Of a stretch of DNA of 64,000 nt, positions 9,782 to 18,618 are shown in pieces. This stretch comes from a virus. Within the stretch, counting starts at the first letter, position 1; each line of letters begins with the position of its first letter. Below the pieces are notes generated by a model. The model saw nothing but the letters and a program-made list of their open reading frames with translations. It ran no database searches and was not told the origin of the DNA. The stretch covers positions 51,648 through 115,647 of the IMG/VR virus record IMGVR_UViG_3300028377_000005. One strand, written 5' to 3'. A program made the translations under genes and the position numbers.

Positions 9782-11062
9782 TTATTCTGACTGCTCTTTT
9801 GCTTTTTGTTTCGCGTCGAGGATTTCACCCTTGATGCCACTGTACAACTCATGTTGCCACATGACGTCGAAGAGGATCACACTTTCACTGTTATAACAAT
9901 TCATTATCAATGCAAAGTCCGCTCTAGTATACTGATCTTTAGCGTACAAAGCAAGGGCCTTTTGTTCCTCTGAAGGGTCCACGGGATGTACCTCTTCGAG
10001 GCATTCGGCCAACATGTCACGCACCTCATCCGCACGGGAACGACATTTCGCAAGCCAATCTAGGTATTGCGTGTGGTACTTTTTGTAGTACTCCAGCGTT
10101 TCCTCAGACGTCGAACCCTCGTCGATCAAGTAGGTCTTGAGGGCTTCCCATTTTTCGAACTCAGGCTTGCCGAAACATATTTTGGTGACAGTTTTAATCG
10201 AACAACTGTACCGGAGCGCGAACTCCCACCGCCACCGTTCTGTTTTAGCCTTGACCCGGTGAACGATACGCCCGTCCTTTTCGAAGCAGATCACACCCCC
10301 TTCCGGCAACCAATCAGCATCCTCTAGGCCCAACACTGTTTCCACCGCCTCCGCCAGTGTTGTATTCTTGGCAAGGTATTCCACCGGCTTACAGTTGTTA
10401 TCCTCGGCCCACTCCATCACGCGGTCGTTGGTCCAATACGTGTGGGTGTCCAAGTCAAACACCGAAAGCACAATCAGATCTTCTCGGTCCCCATATTTAG
10501 TGACGCCCGATTCGCATTCCGGGTGCAGAGCTTCACAAACGATGGTTTTACCGCGAATCACCTCGGGATCGAGCAACGCGGGGTACTGGTCCTCAGCGAT
10601 GCGTCGAATAGCCCCGACATAATCGAAATCCGCGCCGTGGACATTGATATCCACACCTTCGAGCATACTACGGGTCGATACGTAAACCTCACCGTCGTAC
10701 TCGAAGATTTGCGCCATGTAACCGTCGTCTTTGAACGGCAAACTTACGCGCAGCGCTTCATCTTGCGCAAGGGCATGGGTTACCTCGTCGACCTTACCCT
10801 TTTCGCCGTGGTTGTAAATCTTGAGCAAGGGCAACGACACCACCTCATAAGGATCACGTCGGTAAACGATGCCCTTGGCGTAAAGCTGGTGCTCCCATTC
10901 CGGCGTGAACAGGATGCTGGAAGCATTCGCAATCACAAGCCCATTGTCGTGATCTCGCTGGTTAAGCATTTCATCGCCGTCGATAAGCGACAAGACCTCC
11001 TCCGGGTTGTCCCGGAGCTTACCCAAGAGGTAATCGATATGTACGTTCGTTACAGCTTTCAT
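9782..11062 (-). CDS. T4 Rnl1-like RNA ligase
   Basis: Nucleotidyltransferase motifs KDDG (I), STRS, CEAL (III), VFDL (IIIa), EGGVI (IV), RVKAK (V); start at 11062 by ATGA overlap and GGAG RBS. Confidence 0.8.
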   Translation of the reverse strand: MKAVTNVHIDYLLGKLRDNPEEVLSLIDGDEMLNQRDHDNGLVIANASSILFTPEWEHQLYAKGIVYRRDPYEVVSLPLLKIYNHGEKGKVDEVTHALAQDEALRVSLPFKDDGYMAQIFEYDGEVYVSTRSMLEGVDINVHGADFDYVGAIRRIAEDQYPALLDPEVIRGKTIVCEALHPECESGVTKYGDREDLIVLSVFDLDTHTYWTNDRVMEWAEDNNCKPVEYLAKNTTLAEAVETVLGLEDADWLPEGGVICFEKDGRIVHRVKAKTERWRWEFALRYSCSIKTVTKICFGKPEFEKWEALKTYLIDEGSTSEETLEYYKKYHTQYLDWLAKCRSRADEVRDMLAECLEEVHPVDPSEEQKALALYAKDQYTRADFALIMNCYNSESVILFDVMWQHELYSGIKGEILDAKQKAKEQSE

Positions 11063-11322
11063 GCTATTTTCTCCGCCACCCATATCAAGGGGTGGTAAAT
11101 CCACAACACAGTATCATTGATGCGGTCGAATATGCCCTCTCTCAAATCCCACATGTGGTAGATTGCACCCACGAAAATGAGGGGCAACGTGACCGGCAGC
11201 ACTAACAGGCAATAGGCCGCCAGTGCAAGGAGCCCAATCACATAAACAAAGGGCGTAAGCGTAAGCAGCACAACCGCCAGTGCCTTTTTCCAGAGGGGTG
11301 AACGATTAATGGCTATCCGCAT
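11059..11322 (-). CDS. small membrane protein
   Basis: Long hydrophobic stretch; overlaps both neighbours. Confidence 0.6.
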   Translation of the reverse strand: MRIAINRSPLWKKALAVVLLTLTPFVYVIGLLALAAYCLLVLPVTLPLIFVGAIYHMWDLREGIFDRINDTVLWIYHPLIWVAEKIA

Positions 11323-12013
11323 AGTATACCTCTTTCGCTTCCACCTGTACCACTTCCCGCTCAGGCCACCTCAGAGCCGCCAAGGTGTTTCCCTTGACGC
11401 AAGACGTATCCACGCAACAGTAGTGCTCATGAACGGTCGGGTCGTCCATCCAGTAGTGTCCAAAGACAACAAACTCGGGGCCTTCGTAATCCCTCCACCA
11501 TTCGATTCGGGAATTATCCGGGCCGCCACGGAGGCCGTACATACGCAATTTGGCCTTGCCATTGAACGCATGGACAGCAACGGCTTCACCACCGTCCAGT
11601 TCGATCTTGGTAGGCACTTCCTCTAAGAGGAATTCACCTAGCTCGGTTCTGGGGCTATCGAACGGCCACCCTTGCTCAAGCTCGGAAACCGTTTTCTGTA
11701 ACCCGTGTGCGATGGAAACGGGGTTGCCTTTCATCCATCGGAACAGCTTGTTGTCGTGGTTGCCTTGCACCCACAGGGCTTTGCCCGCTATCCAATGGAA
11801 ATAGGCAAACTGCAGGGCGAGGCTGTTATAATACCCACGATCTGTGATATCCCCCACCAGCACAAGCATCCGCCCTTCGGGGTGTTCGTACAGGCCATCT
11901 TCACCCATAACGTAACCGAGCTTTTCAACGAGTGCGATTAGTTCGTAGTAACACCCGTGGACGTCGCCTACGGCGTCGAAGTGGGTAACGTGTTTTGCGT
12001 CGAGTGTCGTCAT
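11306..12013 (-). CDS. calcineurin-like metallophosphoesterase (PrpE/Pnkp-phosphatase-like)
   Basis: GDVHG, GDITDRG, GNHD, VHA, FGHY and VDTSC motifs. Confidence 0.9.
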   Translation of the reverse strand: MTTLDAKHVTHFDAVGDVHGCYYELIALVEKLGYVMGEDGLYEHPEGRMLVLVGDITDRGYYNSLALQFAYFHWIAGKALWVQGNHDNKLFRWMKGNPVSIAHGLQKTVSELEQGWPFDSPRTELGEFLLEEVPTKIELDGGEAVAVHAFNGKAKLRMYGLRGGPDNSRIEWWRDYEGPEFVVFGHYWMDDPTVHEHYCCVDTSCVKGNTLAALRWPEREVVQVEAKEVYYADSH

Positions 12014-12096
12014 GGTTGCACACTATTCCATTTATAGTTCGTATCAAGTGATATCCTTAGACGTATGCTTATACCCTACTTATCGGATGTAGTCAA

Positions 12097-12480
12097 ATGA
12101 AAGACCTTAAAGATCGTCTCATCAAGCTCGGCAAGGTGCGTAAGGATTTGCGCCCCCACCTTCGGCCTGTTTTGGCGGAGTTAAAAAAGCAAGCTGCGTC
12201 GGTGCGGGTGCCGGTCACTATGTCTCAGACCTTCCGTCAGATGGAGTGGGAATACATGCACGAGCTTGGGCAGGTGATCATGGCCGAGTTCAACAAACAG
12301 GTATCCCGTGAGTCGCAACTCCACAACATCGAGCCTGCTATGGATTCCCGGTTCGGAAATGGTTTCGAGATCACCTACACAACACCTTCGGGTGGTAAGC
12401 ATTCCACGAAAGTGAAATACGGTTCGAAAGACACTCTGAAAGATTTCGTAGGCTATCTCGTTGATGAGTTTGGTGACTGA
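12097..12480 (+). CDS. hypothetical protein with shared basic N-terminal leader
   Basis: MKDLKDRLIKLGKVRKDLRPHLRPVL is paralogous to the N-terminus of the next gene. Confidence 0.75.
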   Translation: MKDLKDRLIKLGKVRKDLRPHLRPVLAELKKQAASVRVPVTMSQTFRQMEWEYMHELGQVIMAEFNKQVSRESQLHNIEPAMDSRFGNGFEITYTTPSGGKHSTKVKYGSKDTLKDFVGYLVDEFGD

Positions 12481-12515
12481 TTTTACCCTTTTAAGCCGCA
12501 ACATAGGAAACCCAA

Positions 12516-12863
12516 ATGAGCAACCTAAAAGACCAACTGATTAAACTAGGCGCTAAGAACAAGAGCCTTCGTCCACATATACGTCCTGTGCTAAAGCAGA
12601 TCACAGGTAAGGAAGCCGCAGGGTACAGTGTCACCGACTTTGACGACGTGCCCGGCCAACTGGCCCACGCCTTTCAGAAAGCCGAGTACGCTAAAGCCAA
12701 CCTTGAGGGCGAACTAAATAAGCTGATCAAAGGTATGGAAGCTGGCGAAGATCCTCGCCGCCTCAGCCGCCGTGTTCAGCAAGCTAAAGGCCAGTCGGGT
12801 GATCTAAAGGCCGCCGCTACTTCCCTTCACAGTATGCTTGAAGACCTACAGCGAAGCCTGTAA
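12516..12863 (+). CDS. hypothetical coiled-coil protein with shared basic N-terminal leader
   Basis: MSNLKDQLIKLGAKNKSLRPHIRPVL. Confidence 0.75.
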   Translation: MSNLKDQLIKLGAKNKSLRPHIRPVLKQITGKEAAGYSVTDFDDVPGQLAHAFQKAEYAKANLEGELNKLIKGMEAGEDPRRLSRRVQQAKGQSGDLKAAATSLHSMLEDLQRSL

Positions 12864-12894
12864 CCTGATGATCTTTTGCGCGGGAAACTGACTC

Positions 12895-13902
12895 ATGGCT
12901 GAAACCAAATACAAAAATAAGCGGGAGACCGATGAGGGTACCACTGTGTATGAGTACTCCGACAAACAGGTCCAACACCGCAACCGTGAGAAAGCCAAGA
13001 AAGTCGAGCAATTAAGCAAGAAGATTGACGACCTCCGCAAACAGGTCAAAAAAGATCTCGCCAGCGACGACAGCGTAACGAAGCTCAAGGCCCTTGCTGT
13101 AGCCTTGATGGACCAGACCTATGAGCGTATCGGAAACGAAAATTCAGCCGAAGAGCGCGGGCATCACGGGGTCACGGTGTGGCGCAAAAAACACGTCAAG
13201 TTCAACGGCAATAAGGCCACGATCAAATACACCGGTAAGTCAGGTGTAGATCACACCAAAACCGTGGACGACCCGAAAGTGGTCAAGGTCCTGAAAGAAT
13301 TTACGAAAGACAAGAGCGGTGACGATTTCGTTTTCGACTGTGGGGATGAAGACGACACTTGCGTTCGCGCAAAAGACGTCAACGATTACCTATCCAAGTT
13401 CGATACCACTGCGAAAGATATCCGGGGATACCACGCCAACCGCCTGATGCAAGAGACACTCAAAGATCTCCGCAAAAAGGGCAAGAAGTTACCCGATGAT
13501 AAGAAAAAACGGGAAGAGTTGCTTAAAGAGGAATTCGATAAAGCACTGGAGATCGTCGCCGGTGAAGTGGGCCACGAGGCCGCTACATTGAAAAGCAACT
13601 ACCTTGTACCTGCCCTTGAGGACACGTACATGGATGGAGGCAAAGTGATCGACAAGCTAGATAAAAAGAAATCCGCCGCTATGAAAACAGCGCGCAACTT
13701 AACCCTAGCCCGTTACGTAGCACAGCGCTATATGCGCAAATCCCGCACATCAACACGTAACCTTAACGAACTCTTGGACGCCAATCAGGTGTACATGGGG
13801 CCGTTGGACGAGGGGATGGTCGAAGCGATGGATGCAGCGGGTGTCGACGAAAGCATTTTGTCGCTGATGCGTGATAGGATCAACGACCGGAACGGCAATT
13901 AA
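12895..13902 (+). CDS. DNA topoisomerase IB (catalytic core)
   Basis: ERIGN, YTGKSG, TAKDIRGYHAN and VGHEAATLKSNY give the R-K-R-H-Y catalytic set of the type IB family. Confidence 0.9.
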   Translation: MAETKYKNKRETDEGTTVYEYSDKQVQHRNREKAKKVEQLSKKIDDLRKQVKKDLASDDSVTKLKALAVALMDQTYERIGNENSAEERGHHGVTVWRKKHVKFNGNKATIKYTGKSGVDHTKTVDDPKVVKVLKEFTKDKSGDDFVFDCGDEDDTCVRAKDVNDYLSKFDTTAKDIRGYHANRLMQETLKDLRKKGKKLPDDKKKREELLKEEFDKALEIVAGEVGHEAATLKSNYLVPALEDTYMDGGKVIDKLDKKKSAAMKTARNLTLARYVAQRYMRKSRTSTRNLNELLDANQVYMGPLDEGMVEAMDAAGVDESILSLMRDRINDRNGN

Positions 13903-13911
13903 GATCCGTTT

Positions 13912-14034
13912 TCATCCCCTACAGAAAGGGGGGTTGCCGCATCCGGGTCCGGGACATGAACAAGGACCAGAACCCGCCTGAATCAACTGGCTGAGTTTGC
14001 CTAATCGCTTGAGCTTCGGCGGCGTGTATTTCAT
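13912..14034 (-). CDS. 40-aa RiPP-precursor-like peptide MKYTPPKLKRLGKLSQLIQAGSGPCSCPGPGCGNPPFCRG
   Basis: Translated by hand (too short for the ORF track); ATG overlaps the upstream TAA (TAATG); YxxPxLxxxG leader; Cys/Gly/Pro-rich core. Confidence 0.65.
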   Translation of the reverse strand: MKYTPPKLKRLGKLSQLIQAGSGPCSCPGPGCGNPPFCRG

Positions 14035-14294
14035 TAGTGGTCCTTTTCGAAAACGAAATGCTGGTCGCTATCGTAAGGATCATCGAACTCCTTATAGACT
14101 TGCAGCCGTGTCGCATTCAGGATGCGCTTGACTTCGGCGATTTCCTCAGCCGTTACAACGATCCGATTGGAGACATGGACCTTCAGTTGGTGTCCCGTCT
14201 CTTTACCCAAATGCTCGATCTTGATACGGTTGTCAAACAGGTTTTCGAGTTCGCCTTGAATCCGCTCGAATGCTTCGTCCCGTGATTCAGTCAT
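14034..14294 (-). CDS. hypothetical protein (86 aa)
   Basis: Overlaps both neighbours; AGGAG upstream. Confidence 0.65.
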   Translation of the reverse strand: MTESRDEAFERIQGELENLFDNRIKIEHLGKETGHQLKVHVSNRIVVTAEEIAEVKRILNATRLQVYKEFDDPYDSDQHFVFEKDH

Positions 14295-14823
14295 TGTCCT
14301 GCTCCTTGTAGTTGTAAACGACGGTTCGATCCATCCCTGCTACTTCTTCCAGCACTAACTTACGCGGCCCTACCTCTTCCCCGTAAACCAAAAGCGTGTT
14401 GCGCCTGTTCGGCACATGATGCTTTAGTTCCCGCCAACTGACGTGGATCCAAAAGTCTATCGGACCACACGCTGACATGTCTGTATTACAGCCCAGATAC
14501 ACTACGGTTGGTGCGTCCTTTACAAGCCCCACCAGACTTCGGAGGTACTGCTGTGGCCACGATAGGAAAACCACGCCTTCGGTGATAGGCTCCAGATCAT
14601 GAAAATAGGCTTGCCGGTACTCCAACCGTTTCGGGTGCTTCCGAACAGGTCCATCTGTATCTATCGGTGCCGGGTTCCGGTCGATAGCAATGACTTTGGA
14701 CGCACCCATGTCCCGTAACTGGTATGCCAAGTCGCAAGAGCCAGCCCCCAAGTCGTAGACAACTTGGTCCTGTACTACATCCCGGAGGACGGCCTCTTGC
14801 GCTTCTGTTAGATGACCTTGCAT
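14287..14823 (-). CDS. class I SAM-dependent methyltransferase-like protein
   Basis: VYDLGAGS motif I, IAID motif II, FLSWP. Confidence 0.7.
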   Translation of the reverse strand: MQGHLTEAQEAVLRDVVQDQVVYDLGAGSCDLAYQLRDMGASKVIAIDRNPAPIDTDGPVRKHPKRLEYRQAYFHDLEPITEGVVFLSWPQQYLRSLVGLVKDAPTVVYLGCNTDMSACGPIDFWIHVSWRELKHHVPNRRNTLLVYGEEVGPRKLVLEEVAGMDRTVVYNYKEQDND

Positions 14824-14824
14824 G

Positions 14825-15682
14825 TCAGTCCGCTACGGTAGTCCATTCGCTGTAATAGTCGACGGCTTCGCGAGCCTTACCCCGGATTTCGTCGGCGTCC
14901 CATTCCTGTGCCTCTTTGTTTCCCCCGGCCAAATTGTGTACCAGACGGCCCGGCGATAGTGGTGAAGCATCTTCACCCGCCGACGCCAAAACGGCCACTA
15001 GGATATGGGTGCATTCGCTGTTAGCGATACGGTTGTACTCGGGAGGCTCGTCCTGAACATCGGGGTCGTCGAGGTAAGCGTCCCTCGTGTAGACGACCGC
15101 TGAGAGCGACGTGGCAGGTTCCGCAAGTTCCCGACGTAGGAACAAACGCACCTTCCCCCTGTAACGCCTTACGACGTAATCCTCGGGGTTCTGTGTGTGT
15201 TTTCCGACACCAGCACTGACTGCTTCCAGCACTTCCGGCTCAGGGTCGCTGAGATTGATAAGGGCTTGCCCCGGAACGCGCTGGTCTTCGAAATCGGTCT
15301 GGTTGATACCACGAGCCAAGGCTGCCATGAACCGGTTGGAGTTCGTGACCTTGGAGCCAATCGTCTCATCGTCGAAAGCCGTGACGATTTCAGCGAGTTC
15401 GATCTTGCGGGTGTCGAGTATTTGGATGTCCTGCGTCATAATGTCGTCCTTCATATCGAAAATATCTTCCATCAAAACAAGCCAATTGATATCCGGCCAG
15501 CCTTTCAGCAACAAGTAAGCGCGGCCCACTTCCCAATCATTCATGCGGTCAGTGGTGCCACCATCTTGGTAGTAAAAGTACAGGGCCAGATAATGGAGCC
15601 ACCCTTTGGGCATGTGCGTGGCTCTGCCTTTTTCAAAGGCCCACGCCAAGATCGCTGCAGAGATGTTTTCCCAGCCGTTCAT
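14825..15682 (-). CDS. hypothetical protein
   Basis: 285-aa ORF in a coupled operon. Confidence 0.7.
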   Translation of the reverse strand: MNGWENISAAILAWAFEKGRATHMPKGWLHYLALYFYYQDGGTTDRMNDWEVGRAYLLLKGWPDINWLVLMEDIFDMKDDIMTQDIQILDTRKIELAEIVTAFDDETIGSKVTNSNRFMAALARGINQTDFEDQRVPGQALINLSDPEPEVLEAVSAGVGKHTQNPEDYVVRRYRGKVRLFLRRELAEPATSLSAVVYTRDAYLDDPDVQDEPPEYNRIANSECTHILVAVLASAGEDASPLSPGRLVHNLAGGNKEAQEWDADEIRGKAREAVDYYSEWTTVAD

Positions 15683-15990
15683 TCGTTGTCTTCGTCTAGT
15701 ATGATTTGCCGGAAATCTTCATCGGTCTTATACATGTGAAGGAACCATTTGAATTTTTCGCGTGCTTCGTAAGTGCCGGGCAATGCTTGCGTGAAAATCA
15801 GGTAATTCCAGTAACTGCCCCACACGAGTAAAACGCTAGCCCAAAAGTACATAGACCAGTCACCCCCTACCCACAAATCGTGAAGGGGTATAGCTATCAT
15901 GGCCGCACCGGTGGCCAAGGCAATAGCCTCAAGCAGATAGGTGGCCCGATATATGCGACGGTTTTCGATGTATGTGCGGCATTTTTTCAT
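15679..15990 (-). CDS. small two-TM membrane protein
   Basis: Two hydrophobic segments; start 15990 by ATGA overlap with the kinase stop. Confidence 0.6.
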   Translation of the reverse strand: MKKCRTYIENRRIYRATYLLEAIALATGAAMIAIPLHDLWVGGDWSMYFWASVLLVWGSYWNYLIFTQALPGTYEAREKFKWFLHMYKTDEDFRQIILDEDNE

Positions 15991-16505
15991 CGCAAGATCG
16001 TGACGTCGCCGCTTTCGGAATCGTATTCGAAAACGCCCGTCCACTTTTCGGTATCGTCGAGGACATTTTGCCGCGCATGGGCGAACCGTGAGGAGTGCTT
16101 TTCGATAACCCATTCCGGCACTTTACGGTCCCGGCTGGCGTTCCGCTCTTTACACAGTTCTTCGTCCGCTTTGATTAGGATGGCGTAGGAAGGCAACCCC
16201 TTAACCACCGGGCCGTAGTATGCCTTGCGGTTCTGACGCTTGAGGTTGGTCGCATCCAGAATGGTCCGTTGTCGGTACTCCGACCGGATCTTTACGATGT
16301 CGTAAATCATCTGGAACACGATACCCGTAACCCTTTGTTCCGTTGGGTCGCCACTCAAGACGCCCCGGTAATGGTCGGATGATACGATTTCGGTCGGACC
16401 ATTAGCCAGTTCGCGAGCCAAGGTACTCTTGCCGCTGCCGGATGAACCAATCATCACAATGACACAGGGGTCAGCCGTGTATTTTTTCAATTCGCGCAAG
16501 TTCAT
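15987..16505 (-). CDS. polynucleotide kinase-like P-loop kinase (AAA_33 type)
   Basis: GSSGSGKST, SSDHYR, LDATNL, RNASRDRKVP; AGGAGG RBS before ATG 16505. Confidence 0.85.
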   Translation of the reverse strand: MNLRELKKYTADPCVIVMIGSSGSGKSTLARELANGPTEIVSSDHYRGVLSGDPTEQRVTGIVFQMIYDIVKIRSEYRQRTILDATNLKRQNRKAYYGPVVKGLPSYAILIKADEELCKERNASRDRKVPEWVIEKHSSRFAHARQNVLDDTEKWTGVFEYDSESGDVTILR

Positions 16506-16522
16506 GTCTGCCTCCTGTACAT

Positions 16523-16551
16523 TCCATACCATAGCTATCCTGTGCCGTCAA
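16523..16551 (-). promoter_or_regulatory. sigma70-like promoter TTGACG-N17-TATGGA
   Basis: Intergenic, correct spacing, upstream of the kinase RBS. Confidence 0.55.
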
Positions 16552-16564
16552 TTGTTACGTATCG

Positions 16565-16897
16565 TTATTCTTCGGTGTCCCAGCTATCGTCGACGAGGCT
16601 CCACGGCTCGGGAGGCTCATCGCCGTCTTTGATGAGTACCAGCGTCGAGCACAGGTACGTGAGGATGTAGGGCGCACAGTCACCCGGCTCTTGTTCGGGG
16701 TTGCCCCCGTCGTCGAAACAGACGTAGCACTCTTGGCACTGTAGCGTTTCGTTTAGCCACGTCCTGACGACGATACCCGTTTCGCCACTACCTCCATGAT
16801 ACACTCGGTCCCCTACCTTATGCAAGGGGTGGCCAGTAGCTTCGCAGTCTTGGACGCAACGGGGATCAAACTTTTCCGGGTTTCGGATGGTGCTCAT
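16565..16897 (-). CDS. hypothetical protein
   Basis: 110-aa ORF; KVGDRVYH..GETGIV is SH3-like. Confidence 0.6.
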   Translation of the reverse strand: MSTIRNPEKFDPRCVQDCEATGHPLHKVGDRVYHGGSGETGIVVRTWLNETLQCQECYVCFDDGGNPEQEPGDCAPYILTYLCSTLVLIKDGDEPPEPWSLVDDSWDTEE

Positions 16898-16943
16898 TGG
16901 TCACCGTATGAAAAGGGTGTAACATAGCCTTGTCCGTGTGGTT

Positions 16944-17213
16944 TTAGCTGTTTTTGCCGTACTGTTCTTTGCACCCCTTAACCCAGATGGTAAAGGATAC
17001 GCTTTCGATGACTTCACGGGACCAATTCACTTCGATTGCAACCTCTGAGAGGTCGAAGTCTTCGGCTAATACGGACAGATCCAAAGTGGACCAATCCGGG
17101 GCTTCAATTTCGGCTTCGCCCCATTCGTAGACACTGACATTAGCTTTCGGGTGTACCCCTTGCGCTACCGTCTTGAGCCGGGCGACCTCTTTTTCGATTA
17201 TCACGGCTGTCAT
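16944..17213 (-). CDS. hypothetical protein
   Basis: 89-aa ORF in a packed minus-strand array. Confidence 0.6.
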   Translation of the reverse strand: MTAVIIEKEVARLKTVAQGVHPKANVSVYEWGEAEIEAPDWSTLDLSVLAEDFDLSEVAIEVNWSREVIESVSFTIWVKGCKEQYGKNS

Positions 17214-17216
17214 AGC

Positions 17217-17552
17217 TCAAATCCCGTATACCCATTGACGATCCGACATGTCTATCTCGACGATTTCCCCGTCGACCCGGATGAAAGCCCGAACTACCTC
17301 GGGACCCTCTACCAGAAACGCCTTAACACTCATCCCTTCTAAAATAGTAGTGAGGGATTCGGTATTGACGGCGTGTAGGTCGTCACCGCACAACATGATG
17401 CCCGCTGCCTTTTCCGTAGTGGGATCCACCAGTTCTTCGCCCACCAATTCTTCATAAAGCGGGACTTCAAAAACGGTAGCGGCTCTGAGTTCCAAATAAC
17501 ATTTGTCGGCGGCCATTGTGTAAATCCTAGTTAGGGCGCAGGGGGCTCTCAC
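17217..17552 (-). CDS. hypothetical protein (true start possibly MAADK)
   Basis: ORF in a packed minus-strand array. Confidence 0.55.
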   Translation of the reverse strand: MRAPCALTRIYTMAADKCYLELRAATVFEVPLYEELVGEELVDPTTEKAAGIMLCGDDLHAVNTESLTTILEGMSVKAFLVEGPEVVRAFIRVDGEIVEIDMSDRQWVYGI

Positions 17553-17573
17553 ACCCCCGCTACGCCGTTTATA

Positions 17574-18191
17574 TTAGATGCGGAACATTCCCTTCGGACC
17601 GTGGCCCAGCTTACCAGCATAGGCGCTCTTGAGGGCTTCCCACGCTTCCGACTTCTGGCTGACCGGGACTTTCCAGACCTTGTTCTCTTTGTCCCAGCGG
17701 CGGCCCGTGACGCTCTTGATAGCCTCGATGAAATCGGTATCGAAGGGCGTGTCCAACAGGACCATACCGTCTTCGACCGTGATTTCGACTTCAGCCAGAC
17801 GCCCACCGATCTTATCGGAAAGCGTTTCGTAACCCATCGCCTTCATGGCTTCGAGGCACATGGTCGTGTCTTCGAGGTGCGTGCCTTCGTGCGCCCAGAA
17901 TGCGACGGCATGGTTGAGGACGTTGACCGCTTTGCGGCTATCGTCTTTCAGGACGGCGTTCATGGCCTTGTCCGCCAGCGCCGTGTCCGACAGGTTCTGC
18001 AGGATGGCCGTGACCTTCTGGGCCGTTTCATCGTCGATTTCGTAGGCGTCTTCGTAGCCGTACTTGCCCCGGCACACCGGGCCGATGCCGAACTCGACGC
18101 TCGTGCCGTCGACCAGCGGGCGGTTGCAGCATGAGCAGTGGGTGGGGTTGAGTTTGTATGCTGCCGATTGGGTGTAGTCGCCGTTCGTCAT
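17574..18191 (-). CDS. DUF6011-like Zn-finger protein with C-terminal HARP-like domain
   Basis: CSCCNRPL..SVEFGIGPVC; TPFDTDFIEAIKSVTGRRWDKENKVWKVP; GGAG RBS before ATG 18191. Confidence 0.7.
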   Translation of the reverse strand: MTNGDYTQSAAYKLNPTHCSCCNRPLVDGTSVEFGIGPVCRGKYGYEDAYEIDDETAQKVTAILQNLSDTALADKAMNAVLKDDSRKAVNVLNHAVAFWAHEGTHLEDTTMCLEAMKAMGYETLSDKIGGRLAEVEITVEDGMVLLDTPFDTDFIEAIKSVTGRRWDKENKVWKVPVSQKSEAWEALKSAYAGKLGHGPKGMFRI

Positions 18192-18245
18192 TGTTGTCTC
18201 CGTCGTCGTCGTGAATAGTTCTAGTTGCGTTCCCATCTTCACTAA

Positions 18246-18274
18246 CCTATACCCTAGTACCGGAGATCCGTCAA
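18246..18274 (-). promoter_or_regulatory. sigma70-like promoter TTGACG-N17-TATAGG followed by TTAGTG
   Basis: GGGTATAGGTTAGTG is identical to the 63824 promoter. Confidence 0.7.
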
Positions 18275-18281
18275 AAGTTTC

Positions 18282-18611
18282 TTAAAGAAAATCGAGTCGT
18301 TTCATTGTGCTTCGAATGAAGTTCGGGAGCGGATCCACTTTACACTTGTGGCTGATGACTATCTCTTTGCGGTCGTATCCGCGCACCCACATAACCCCGT
18401 CACGTTTGGGGTCCAAGAGTACCTCCAGCGTAAAGCGGTAAGTGTCGTAGGGAAACAAAACCCGCAACGCCTGACATTTTTTCGTCGTGTTCCATTCCAC
18501 GAAAATGTTTCGTTCCTCTTCCATGTCCCGACTGAAAAAGTAATCGTCCTTGACTTCACGGACCGTTTCTACCGTGGATTTGATGACGTCGTATTTCATG
18601 ATGCGCTTCAT
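18282..18611 (-). CDS. hypothetical protein
   Basis: Start MKRIMKY with GAGGG RBS after the previous stop. Confidence 0.55.
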   Translation of the reverse strand: MKRIMKYDVIKSTVETVREVKDDYFFSRDMEEERNIFVEWNTTKKCQALRVLFPYDTYRFTLEVLLDPKRDGVMWVRGYDRKEIVISHKCKVDPLPNFIRSTMKRLDFL

Positions 18612-18618
18612 GTATCCC

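Noticed and set aside
12895-13902. Tyrosine recombinase/integrase
   Set aside because: RIGN, GKSG and KDIRxxxAN are topoisomerase IB signatures; no HxLRH motif or att sites seen
13912-14034. Canonical lasso peptide gene cluster
   Set aside because: No Asp/Glu in the core, no leader Thr, and no cyclase or B2 peptidase in the window; only the leader resemblance is kept
14287-14823. Hen1 RNA 2'-O-methyltransferase
   Set aside because: Lacks the Hen1 ExxEH and TPN motifs; only generic SAM-binding motifs are present
17534-17566. GC hairpin as an intrinsic terminator
   Set aside because: Stem is present (GGCGTAG-C-GGGGG / CCCCCTGCGCC on the minus strand) but has no U-tract; function unsupported
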